From a virus (lineage: Duplodnaviria; Caudoviricetes): a DNA stretch of 64,000 nucleotides. The notes below the pieces were generated by a model. That model searched no databases and was not told the DNA's origin. It was given only the letters and a program-made list of their open reading frames with translations. Shown here in pieces: positions 33,623-42,642 of this stretch (the first letter of the stretch is position 1; each line of letters begins with the position of its first letter). The translations under genes were made by a program, and so were the position numbers. The stretch is from the IMG/VR virus record IMGVR_UViG_3300031251_000018, positions 1,177 through 65,176 of that record, one strand, 5' to 3'.

Positions 33623-36600
33623 TTAAGCCACCTGTGTCAATGCGCTCGCCGGCGTAACGATCGTGCCGGCCTTTGCGCCGGTCACAGTCGATCCGCCCGC
33701 CGCGGGGGTGATATTGCTTTGCGCCTGGGCGGCGATCAGCGCCGTGACTGCCGTCGCCGAAGTCACGACCGACGACCCGGTGACGACGAGGTTGTTCTTC
33801 GTCGTGACGATCAGCGTGCGTGCGACGCCGGTCGCCCATGTCTGGAATGGCGGGATGAAGCTCAACGGAGCCGCCGAGCCCGTCGCCGCCGCGCTTCCTA
33901 GCGGAACATTGTCGTTTACCGCAGCGCCTCTCGCTATGCCGGTCGCGCTCGCCGGTGCGATTGACGGCTGATCCGAACCTTGTATGCCGGTGGCCGTTCC
34001 CGTCGCCGAGGCCGCAAGGCCGCTGATCGAAAGAGCGGCGACGAGCGGGTTCGCCGTCGCATTGGCCGTGGCCGGCGAGATCGAGCCGCTAGTCGTGAAC
34101 CCGAGCGTCGACGCCGTTCCCGTCGCGCTGACCGACAGGGCCGAAGGCGTCGGCTGACCGCTTGCGCCGCCCGCTGATGCGGTCGCGCCGGCTTGGGCCA
34201 CAGACACCGCGCCAGTTTTGGAAACCGCTCCAGCGACGCCCGTAGCTGCGGCAGGGGCCGACGCGAGCAGCACTTGCGCAACCAGCCCGCCAACGCTGCC
34301 CGTCGCGGTCGCGGGAGCCGCGTTCGGGCTGGCCACATTGCCGACCGACGCCGCAACGCCCATCGCCGAGGCGACGGGCGCCGTCGCGGCAACAGACACG
34401 AAAAGCGGGCCGCTTGCGACGCCGCTCGCAAGCGCGGGGGCGGCCGACACGTTGCCGCCACTCGAAATTGTGATGTCAGCCGCAACGCCCGTCGCAGAGA
34501 CCGGCGTCACCGATACGAACTGGCCAGCAACCGCGGTCGCCGCCCCGACCGCGCCAACGCCGACCGCAGGAGCCACCGTCACCGAAACGGGCTCGGAGAC
34601 TCCCGCCGCCGCGCCAGCCGCCGCCGCGCCCGCAATGCTGGGCGAAACACCGCCAACGCCCGCGCCCGCAACGCCCGAACCAGCCGCGCCGATCAGCGCA
34701 TATTGAGCCGCGTCAGCAAGACTCGCCGCTGCGCCCGTTCCGCTCGCCTGACCGGATGCGCTTGAAGCCGTCCAGCCCAGCGCGCCAGCGGCGCCCGAGC
34801 CCGTTGCCTGGGCGACCACAAACGAACTCGAAAAAAGTAACGTGGTCGCAACGCCATTTGCCGGGGCAGGGGCGGCCGTGGGTGCGTCAAGTGGGGTTAT
34901 GGCCCCAACGCCGCCCGTCGCCACCGCAGGCGCGCCAGCGGCGCTTTCCGCCACGGCCAGCCCCGCCGCCGCGCCGGTCGCACTCGCGCCGGCCACGGGC
35001 ACGCCGATTTGCTCGACCACCGAACCGGCAACGCCAGCCCCAGCCGCCGCGCCGATCGACACGGCCACGGCCACCGACAGGGAAGCCGCAAGACCCGTCG
35101 CCGCCGCCTGCGAAGCACTGACGTTGATCGTGCTGTTCACATTCACCGTCACCGAGCCGGCGACGCCGCTTGCGGCGGCAGGCGACGCTGTGACCGCAAC
35201 CGAAGGCGTCAGTCCACCAATAGCCCCAGCGGCCGCCGCTTGCCCGGTTGAGATCGAGCCCGTCTCAGCGACGCCGGTCGCAACGCCGGTCGCAGAAGCA
35301 GCCGGGGTGCTGATCGAAATTTGCTCCGTCGCGGAGCCGGCGACGCTGGTCGCAACCGCCGACGAGATCGACGGCGACACCGCCGCCACAAGAGGCGCGG
35401 CCACACCTGTTGCCGCCGCGCCGGTCGCATTCACATTGAGCGCGCTCACCGCCGAGACGCTCACCGCGCCGGCAACGCCCGAACCGGCCGCTTGCGCGAC
35501 CGTAAGTGAAACCGAGGGCGTCACCCCGGCGGCGCTTGCTAGGCCGGTCGCCGGGGAAAGGGTTGCAGGCGAAATAGCCGGGTTGGGCGACCGTGCTATT
35601 CCCGTCGCGGTCGCCACACCGAGGCCGGGGGAAATAACCCCTGGCAGCGAGCCTGCCGTTCCCGTTGCCCACGCGTTACTGCTAATAGCCGGGGCAGCTT
35701 CGACCCACGCGTTTTGCAGCGTTATAGACGAGCCGTTCGCGTATGTCGCGCTGCTTTCAACTCCTGTGAATTCGTCGTGATACCAAACCGTGACGGAGCC
35801 CACGTCCGCGGTCGAATACGTCTCTGCGGCTCGGGTTGCCGTTGCGCCCCAAGTGTAAATCGGGCTTGTAGCGACGCTTGAATTGCGTATGCCGGCATAG
35901 GCGATGTCAAATTTTTCTGCGCCCGTAGTCGTGATCGTTGGGGATGTTGTGTTGCCTGAGAGGAACCCGAATCCGAGGTAGTAGCTTGCAGCCGAGGCGG
36001 TGAAGTGGACAACGCATTTATACCAGCCGCCGCCTATTGGCTCTATGGAAGAACTAGATATGCCGGCGCTATAAACACCTGCGATTCCATTTTGAATATC
36101 GAAAGCGGCGACGTTCCAACTGCCGAGGTAATAACCGCCCCACACCCATTGCTGCGAGGTATCATACCTGAAGTAGAATATAGCCGTTGCAGGACCGGCC
36201 GCGAGTGCAATCGACCCTGGCGTCTGCCACGATACCTGATTGGTTGTCGCCGCATTGCCAATAACCGTTGACGGGAGCCCATCCGGCCCATTTACGCCAG
36301 TTGGCGATTGAGTTGCGCCGCCCCATTGATACCAATATGTATTCCACGCCCGAGAGTATTGGCAAAGTTCTGTATCGCTCTGCTCAACCAGCACGCCCCT
36401 ATACGCCAGCGTATTCGGGTTGTAATCGTCGCGCCTTCCATAGTAAGGCGAAGACCCCGTAGACACGTAGGGTCTTGGTGAAGTTTGATACGTCACAAGG
36501 TCTAGTTGGAAACCCCACGCGATCAGCGTATCGCCTACAAGCGCGCTTCCGAGATAACTATTCGCTTTTTGTGAGTTTGGTCTTATCGCCGCGTTGGCTG

Positions 36601-38344
36601 CACCCGTGGTCGGTTTGTTGATGACCACATAGGCAAGCCAATAGTTACTGTTTAGAGGATGCGTGGCGCATCCATAAGCGATAACAGACCAACCAGACCC
36701 AAGCGCAGGCGTGCCTATCAGCGCGCCCGTAGAACCGTCAAACGCCGCAGCGATTCCATTTGCAACCGAATCATCGAGGGTTAAGTTGAAGGACGCATTT
36801 GCGCCCTTATAGACGCAACCCGAAAGAATATAATTGCCGCCGGGGATGCTGCTAAAATGCTGGTAAGACGCAGTTCCCCCAGCCGAGTTAGTCGTAAGAG
36901 TATCAGCGGTAGTGCTGCCATCGGGAGCAACCGTGGTATTTGATGTCGGTATTATAGACAAATTCGACCAAAGACTGAAATTCTCACTATTTGGAATGAG
37001 GTTATTCGGCGCATAAGTCAGCTTGCCAGTGCGGTCAACCATCATTGCGGGGCTGGCGCGGGCAACAGTTCCGCTTGGCGCCTGAATGCCCGTCGTTACG
37101 GAAACAGATACACTTGCCGAAAGAGAAGCCGCGAGGCCCGTCGCAGTCGCCGGGGGCGCAGATACATTCGCCGCGCTGCCGGCCGACACGATCCCCGCAA
37201 CGCCTGTCGCCGTTGCCACCCCCGCGCCGGTTGAAACGGGGTAAGCAACAGAACCCGTCGATCCGGTCGAGGATGCGACTAGACCTGCCGCTGATATACC
37301 AGCACTCGGAGTTTGGGCCGCGCCCGCGGCCGTGGCTGGGGATGCCGTAAACGAGTAGCTGTCGTTTACACCGGCCGCCGCGCCCGTCGCGCTGGCTGGT
37401 GAAATTGAAGGTCGCACCGATCCAACCAGCACGGCAGCGGCGCCTGTCGCCATAGCCGCGCTGGTCGCGATCGAAATCTGAATTGCAAGCGCGCCAGCAA
37501 CGCCGGTTGCGGTAGCGACCGGCGCATTGACGTTAAGCGCGCTGCCAACCGAAACCGAACCAGCGACGCCGGTCGCGGTCGCTGCCCCCAAGGTCGCGGG
37601 TGAAACTATCGTTGAACCAGCCGGCGTCGCAACGCCCGTCGCAAGCGCCTGAGCGGCGGTGAACTGATAGGTGTCATTTACAGCGCCGGCGACGCCGGTA
37701 GCCGTGGCCGCCGCCGCGGAGATCGACCAAGTATCATTCGCAACCCCGGCCGCACCGCTGCCCGTCGCCGGTGCGATCGTCGGCAAGACCTGAGCGACGA
37801 TGGAAGCCGCGCTGCCGGTCGCCGTCGCCGCTGCCGCATTCACGTTAAGCGCGCTGCCAACCGAAACCGAACCAGCAACGCCGGTAGCCGTCGCGGGCGA
37901 AAATGCAGGCGAAACTTGAGCCGCCGGTGAAAGGGCCACGCCGGTCGCGGTCGCATGGTTCGCGGTGAAGAGATAGGTGTCGGCCACCGCCCCCGCGACG
38001 CCCGTCGCCGCCGCTTGTAGAGCGCCCGGCGACGAGATCGACGGCACAACGCCCGTCGCCGTGGCAGGCCCAAGAGTAGCCGGCGACACGGTTTTCGACG
38101 CGGCCGCAGCCGCGGCGCCGGTCGCGACCGCGGCTGCGGCCGTTACGCTTAGAGACGAACTCGCGCTTGCCGTTCCAGCCGCGCCGGTCGCCGTTGCGGC
38201 CGGGGCCGTCTTGAGGACGAACAGCGCGCCGGGCAAGCCGCCCGCAACGCCGGTCGCAACGGCGGCAGCGGCGGTCGTTGAAGCCGGGTCGCCAAAGCCC
38301 CAACTTGCGAGCGGGACCGAACCGAGCGGGTTATGACCAAGCAC
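33623..38344 (-). CDS. Giant Ala/Gly/Thr/Val-repeat fibre protein with a central carbohydrate-binding/head-spike-fibre-like insert
   Basis: Dozens of ATATGVAG-like repeats; aromatic-rich insert with YAPNNLIPNSENF, IAWGFQL, GVLVEQSDT, GGGWYKC, ATRAAET. Confidence 0.75.
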   Translation of the reverse strand: MLGHNPLGSVPLASWGFGDPASTTAAAAVATGVAGGLPGALFVLKTAPAATATGAAGTASASSSLSVTAAAAVATGAAAAAASKTVSPATLGPATATGVVPSISSPGALQAAATGVAGAVADTYLFTANHATATGVALSPAAQVSPAFSPATATGVAGSVSVGSALNVNAAAATATGSAASIVAQVLPTIAPATGSGAAGVANDTWSISAAAATATGVAGAVNDTYQFTAAQALATGVATPAGSTIVSPATLGAATATGVAGSVSVGSALNVNAPVATATGVAGALAIQISIATSAAMATGAAAVLVGSVRPSISPASATGAAAGVNDSYSFTASPATAAGAAQTPSAGISAAGLVASSTGSTGSVAYPVSTGAGVATATGVAGIVSAGSAANVSAPPATATGLAASLSASVSVSVTTGIQAPSGTVARASPAMMVDRTGKLTYAPNNLIPNSENFSLWSNLSIIPTSNTTVAPDGSTTADTLTTNSAGGTASYQHFSSIPGGNYILSGCVYKGANASFNLTLDDSVANGIAAAFDGSTGALIGTPALGSGWSVIAYGCATHPLNSNYWLAYVVINKPTTGAANAAIRPNSQKANSYLGSALVGDTLIAWGFQLDLVTYQTSPRPYVSTGSSPYYGRRDDYNPNTLAYRGVLVEQSDTELCQYSRAWNTYWYQWGGATQSPTGVNGPDGLPSTVIGNAATTNQVSWQTPGSIALAAGPATAIFYFRYDTSQQWVWGGYYLGSWNVAAFDIQNGIAGVYSAGISSSSIEPIGGGWYKCVVHFTASAASYYLGFGFLSGNTTSPTITTTGAEKFDIAYAGIRNSSVATSPIYTWGATATRAAETYSTADVGSVTVWYHDEFTGVESSATYANGSSITLQNAWVEAAPAISSNAWATGTAGSLPGVISPGLGVATATGIARSPNPAISPATLSPATGLASAAGVTPSVSLTVAQAAGSGVAGAVSVSAVSALNVNATGAAATGVAAPLVAAVSPSISSAVATSVAGSATEQISISTPAASATGVATGVAETGSISTGQAAAAGAIGGLTPSVAVTASPAAASGVAGSVTVNVNSTINVSASQAAATGLAASLSVAVAVSIGAAAGAGVAGSVVEQIGVPVAGASATGAAAGLAVAESAAGAPAVATGGVGAITPLDAPTAAPAPANGVATTLLFSSSFVVAQATGSGAAGALGWTASSASGQASGTGAAASLADAAQYALIGAAGSGVAGAGVGGVSPSIAGAAAAGAAAGVSEPVSVTVAPAVGVGAVGAATAVAGQFVSVTPVSATGVAADITISSGGNVSAAPALASGVASGPLFVSVAATAPVASAMGVAASVGNVASPNAAPATATGSVGGLVAQVLLASAPAAATGVAGAVSKTGAVSVAQAGATASAGGASGQPTPSALSVSATGTASTLGFTTSGSISPATANATANPLVAALSISGLAASATGTATGIQGSDQPSIAPASATGIARGAAVNDNVPLGSAAATGSAAPLSFIPPFQTWATGVARTLIVTTKNNLVVTGSSVVTSATAVTALIAAQAQSNITPAAGGSTVTGAKAGTIVTPASALTQVA

Positions 38345-38359
38345 GGCGCTCTCCCAGCC

Positions 38360-38695
38360 TTACACGGTCATCGCAGCGGCTTGGACGAACAGCGCATCGA
38401 CTTGTGCGTCGGTCAGGCCGAGCGAAGTCGCCAGAGCTTCAAGCGTCGACGACGAACGATAGACCGTGTCGCCATATTCCCAAAGCGATTGGAGCGGCAC
38501 ATTGCCAGACGCTTTCACCGCCGCGTCAGCCTGATCGAACAAGCCTTGCATGTTCAGCGTCGCGCGCACCGCCCAAAGGGGCGCTTGCTGCGGGCTGGGC
38601 GGCACATTCGTCGCTTGCATTGCGGCGATCTCATCGGGCGTAAGATCGACAACGGTCTCTTCGCCCGTCTCAACATTCACATCCAATCGCTGCAT
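38360..38695 (-). CDS. Fibre-associated small protein
   Basis: NVETGEETVVDLT.DEIA and LGLTDAQVDALF motifs typical next to fibre genes. Confidence 0.7.
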   Translation of the reverse strand: MQRLDVNVETGEETVVDLTPDEIAAMQATNVPPSPQQAPLWAVRATLNMQGLFDQADAAVKASGNVPLQSLWEYGDTVYRSSSTLEALATSLGLTDAQVDALFVQAAAMTV

Positions 38696-38705
38696 TCGAG
38701 TCTCC

Positions 38706-39971
38706 TTAGAACACGTATTGGATATTCATGCTGCCCGCCGTGAAGTTTGGAGAGCTGCTGATGATGTTGACCTGCGTCAGCGCTCCGGCGAGCGCAATAA
38801 AGCCTGAGCCCATTGATACATAACCCGTATTATTCAGGTTCAGCACCCACCGGCAAACCCAAGTATTGCCGGTGATATTTATAAATTCGACGATGCCATT
38901 GATGATGAGAGCGGCCGTTCCTGAGGGGGTCACAAGGAATGCGGTGTTAGACGCACTACTAGCGGCCTGCGGGGAAGTGGAGTTTATAATTCCATACCCT
39001 GAAGTGTAACCTGACGTAGTGTAGCTGCCGCCCTGCCCCAACTGAAAACCGACAGTTGAGGATGACGTTGAGACAGTTACTCCGTTGAGACTGAGTGTGA
39101 ACCGCTTGATACCCGCCGGAAGGCTCGTAAAGCCATAAGACGCTGCGGCAGACATCGAAACGACAGAGCCCGCGGTCAGTAGGCTGTAATCAGTTCCACG
39201 CGTTGCCGCCTGAATAACAGTGCCGCTGGACTTGATCATACCAGCGGCAAGCGCATTCGCGCCTGTTCCACCAGCACCTATCGCCAGCGGAGCATTCCAT
39301 GGAACGGCCGTGTAAGCCCAGGACGCGGCGGTGTTGCCGCTGGTCTGAATAGATGTCAGATCGTAGACAAGCCCCGTTCCTTGAGCGATAAGGGCAGTCG
39401 AGGACGATGTATTGATCGTGAGGCCGAGAGAACTTTGGTTGATGATTCGATATGTAGTTCCAATCGGAATCGTGGTGACATCCGGAAGTAGAACCGTCTG
39501 AATCTGCGTTCCAGTAAAGACTTGAACCAATGAACTGGTGGCGGTCAGCGTGGTCGTGCTACCAGCGGTGGCGGTTGACGCCACCCCTCTCAGAGCGTTG
39601 TAGGCCGCCGCAGCCGTAGTCTGCCCGGTTCCGCCGTTCGCAACGCCGAGCGTATTTGCGCCGCCGTTGTAAATAAAATTCGACGCGATCGGGACGCTGG
39701 CGATCGTCGCCGAGCCCGACAAGTTAAGAAGCGAGCCGGTCGAACTCTTGACTAGAACACGCGTGATCGAAGGCCCGGCCGAGCTATAAACTCCGTTCGA
39801 AATTTCCCAAGCGCCGCCCGTATCGAGGATCAGCAGATCAACCGGATCGCTATTCGCCGCGCCTCCTGCCACGAATGTCTGCCAAAGGCTGTTTACGGCC
39901 GCGCCCGGCGTTACCGCACCCGTGCCAGTGGTTGCGGTATTCACATAGACGCGGTCGTAAACCTTTCCCAT
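38706..39971 (-). CDS. Tail fibre-like protein
   Basis: DRV...TATTGTG N-terminus; LGVANGGTG and LAIGAGGTG repeats. Confidence 0.75.
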   Translation of the reverse strand: MGKVYDRVYVNTATTGTGAVTPGAAVNSLWQTFVAGGAANSDPVDLLILDTGGAWEISNGVYSSAGPSITRVLVKSSTGSLLNLSGSATIASVPIASNFIYNGGANTLGVANGGTGQTTAAAAYNALRGVASTATAGSTTTLTATSSLVQVFTGTQIQTVLLPDVTTIPIGTTYRIINQSSLGLTINTSSSTALIAQGTGLVYDLTSIQTSGNTAASWAYTAVPWNAPLAIGAGGTGANALAAGMIKSSGTVIQAATRGTDYSLLTAGSVVSMSAAASYGFTSLPAGIKRFTLSLNGVTVSTSSSTVGFQLGQGGSYTTSGYTSGYGIINSTSPQAASSASNTAFLVTPSGTAALIINGIVEFINITGNTWVCRWVLNLNNTGYVSMGSGFIALAGALTQVNIISSSPNFTAGSMNIQYVF

Positions 39972-39987
39972 GACAGCCCTCTTTCGA

Positions 39988-40728
39988 TTAGCTGATCTGC
40001 AAGATCGCGTTGCCCTGACTATTCGCCGGCAGAACCACGGTCAGCGTGCCCGCCGTCACCGATTGCGTGCCACCGAAGTCGTGGTAGCTGATGCAGCGGT
40101 TGATCGCGGAGCCGGCCGAGTTGGCCGCAATGCCGTTCGCCGAGAAACCGAGGCGAGGGGTCGTCGTGGCATTGTAGATATTCGCGCCCGAAACGGAGAG
40201 CGTCGCGGAGGTCCAAGACGGGTTAGTCGTGAAGCTCCAGAACGCCGCCGTGGTGCCGACTGCCGGCTGGATATTCGTCAGCGTGAAGCCGCCAGAAGTA
40301 TAGCCGGTGCCCGAGGCTTCGTCGGTGCCGACATTGGTAAGCGTATGGTCGCCAGAGCCGGCCGAGCCGGGCGTCCCGACATTAGTCTGCGAGCCGATAT
40401 AAGTGCCGGCCGGGCTGCTTTTGATAAGCAGCATCTTGAACGTATCGCCGGTGAACGTCGGTGCGGTAAATGCGCCCGTCGAAGCCGCCGACAAGGTAAG
40501 CGCGTTCTGACCGACAAACGCCGCGATGATCGTGCCAGCGGGCGGGAGGCCCGTGCCGCCCGTCACCAGCATACCGACCGCGAGGCCCGAAATGCCGGTG
40601 CTGGAAATGGCCGTCATATTGACGGTCGTGGAACAGGTGCAAGTCAGCGACGAAACGGTCGCCGCGAAGCAATGCGCAGCCAAGGCGAATTCAGCCTTGG
40701 CGCTGTAGGACATAGCAGTCGTGCCCAT
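39988..40728 (-). CDS. Virion structural protein (fibre-associated)
   Basis: DTFKMLL, EASGTGYTSGG, DFGGTQSVTAGTLT motifs. Confidence 0.7.
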   Translation of the reverse strand: MGTTAMSYSAKAEFALAAHCFAATVSSLTCTCSTTVNMTAISSTGISGLAVGMLVTGGTGLPPAGTIIAAFVGQNALTLSAASTGAFTAPTFTGDTFKMLLIKSSPAGTYIGSQTNVGTPGSAGSGDHTLTNVGTDEASGTGYTSGGFTLTNIQPAVGTTAAFWSFTTNPSWTSATLSVSGANIYNATTTPRLGFSANGIAANSAGSAINRCISYHDFGGTQSVTAGTLTVVLPANSQGNAILQIS

Positions 40729-40765
40729 AGTCTAAGCTCCTATCCTTGATTCTGATGGGCGGCGA

Positions 40766-41308
40766 TCAGCCGTGGTTGAACGCGCGGAAAATCTGCGCGT
40801 GTTCGTTGCCGGGGTTCCGGTCGGCGTGCCAAGACCGTTCGATGTGCATGTTCGTGCGCAGATCGGTCTCGATACGCTCGCGGATCACGCCCTTAACGTA
40901 ATCGTGCAGATCGGGCTGCTGGCCGAAGACCGAGCCGGGCACGAAAAGCTGCGCATTCTCCAGAAGCGGCTTCACAAGCTGGAAAACGTCGGCAATAGCC
41001 TTATCGATGTCCGTGTGCTCGGAAGCGTCCAAGTCGGCCATTAGGCGCGAGTGCTCGCCCGCCGCGAGCTTCTGGCGCTCGATGCGCTGCACGACTTCAT
41101 GGTGAACCAGAAGGCAGTCAGCGACCGCCGCGATGGTGCGCAGTTTCATGATCTCCAACTGAGCGCCGCGGCCACTGTTCGGATCGACCTTGAACCAGTC
41201 GAGCAAAGCGTTCGCCGAGGCGATGGCCCAAGTCTCGGCCGGATGCGGCCCGTTATCGGTGATGAGAAGTCCAGCCTGCATTTGAGTTTCCCTTTCTGCG
41301 TCGTCCAA
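40766..41308 (-). CDS. Hypothetical protein
   Basis: 180-aa ORF in tail operon; start may be the second Met. Confidence 0.65.
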   Translation of the reverse strand: MDDAERETQMQAGLLITDNGPHPAETWAIASANALLDWFKVDPNSGRGAQLEIMKLRTIAAVADCLLVHHEVVQRIERQKLAAGEHSRLMADLDASEHTDIDKAIADVFQLVKPLLENAQLFVPGSVFGQQPDLHDYVKGVIRERIETDLRTNMHIERSWHADRNPGNEHAQIFRAFNHG

Positions 41309-41379
41309 AGCAAAACGGCCGCGGCGCTTGCGCGCCCCGACCGCTCGACTTCAATTATTCGATTGTGACTTGCCCCGGT

Positions 41380-41775
41380 TTATTCTTCGGTGATGATCGC
41401 GTAGAGGCCCGCGATGACATCAGGATCGACGGCGTCCGGTAGCAAGCCAACGTCGATTGTCTTCAATTCGACCGTGAACGTCTCATCAAGAAGTTCGTTC
41501 GTCTCGGCATTGAACGCCTCGACATCGCGGATCAGGATGCGGCGCGCCGAGCCTGAGCCCTCGCTGATTACCGCCCCGTCCTCACAGCGTTGAGCGTGTT
41601 TCTCGATAAGTCCGGTGCGGCTTTGCTCGTAAGCCTGCGCAATGGGGAGAAGCACTTTCGCGTTGTATGCCAGCCGAAGGCCCAACGCGACTTTCGCACC
41701 CTTGATACGCGCCTGCGCGGCGGTTATGCCGTTGACGAGATCGACCGCCTCTCGTGTCGTGATTTCCTTCTGCAT
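41380..41775 (-). CDS. Hypothetical protein (possible fibre chaperone)
   Basis: 131-aa helical ORF following fibre gene. Confidence 0.65.
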   Translation of the reverse strand: MQKEITTREAVDLVNGITAAQARIKGAKVALGLRLAYNAKVLLPIAQAYEQSRTGLIEKHAQRCEDGAVISEGSGSARRILIRDVEAFNAETNELLDETFTVELKTIDVGLLPDAVDPDVIAGLYAIITEE

Positions 41776-41789
41776 TTAGACCCCTTCGA

Positions 41790-42632
41790 TTAAGTGGCAG
41801 ACCCCTTGATGATTACAAAGTCGATCGTCGGCGCATCAGACGCGCTGGTCACGCCAAAAATCGTGATGATTGCCGAACCGGCGTTCGTCGTGACATTCCA
41901 ATAATATCGTTCGACGGAGCCGACGCTTGTAATGCTTAGAACAAGGACATCATTCGCTCCGATCAGCGAATTGGTAAGCGTGAAGCTCGTTCCGCTCGTG
42001 GAGGCGCCGCCAGAAACGAGCGTGATTTGCCCGCAAGCCGTATTGAGCGTGACGCCGGTTGAGCGGCTGGTTAACTGCGTAACCGCACCCCCGGCGCCGA
42101 CGCCGGTGTTGTAGCCAATCGGCCCCTTGGCCAGCGCCGAGCCGTCCTGCCCGATCCAAAAGACATCAGCCTGTGTCGCGCTGCTATTCGGCGTCGTCGA
42201 AAACACAAGGCGATTGCCCTGCGCCGCCGATGTCCACGCCTGCGTCGTCTCGCCTCGGATCGAACTGCCGTGCGTCGCGTAGGCCGTGCCGCCTGACGTG
42301 TAATAGCCGACAAACTCGACTTCCCCTAGCGCGTCGCCACTGGCGACCGCGGTAGGAGCCGCACCCGTGCCATCGGCGCGCCGCAAGCGCAGCGAAGGCC
42401 GACCGCCGAAGGCATCAACCACGATCGTTTGATATGTCGCCGCATCCACGCCGATGAAACGCTGGATCGTGCCGGTCGGCGTCGAAGTAGGCGCGGCGGC
42501 GGCGTTTGCATTCAGCACATAAGGCGCGGCGAAAAACGTCTCGATCGTCGTGCCGAGCGCCGCGCACGACGACGGGTTAACCGCCGCGGCAAGGACGAAA
42601 GCACTGGTGAACGCGGTCGCAATAGCAGCCAT
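41790..42632 (-). CDS. Tail fibre/receptor-binding-like protein
   Basis: GTGAAPTAVASGDALG; GGAVTQLTSRSTGVTLN; FTLTNSLIGANDV. Confidence 0.7.
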   Translation of the reverse strand: MAAIATAFTSAFVLAAAVNPSSCAALGTTIETFFAAPYVLNANAAAAPTSTPTGTIQRFIGVDAATYQTIVVDAFGGRPSLRLRRADGTGAAPTAVASGDALGEVEFVGYYTSGGTAYATHGSSIRGETTQAWTSAAQGNRLVFSTTPNSSATQADVFWIGQDGSALAKGPIGYNTGVGAGGAVTQLTSRSTGVTLNTACGQITLVSGGASTSGTSFTLTNSLIGANDVLVLSITSVGSVERYYWNVTTNAGSAIITIFGVTSASDAPTIDFVIIKGSAT

Positions 42633-42642
42633 GCGAAGCCCC

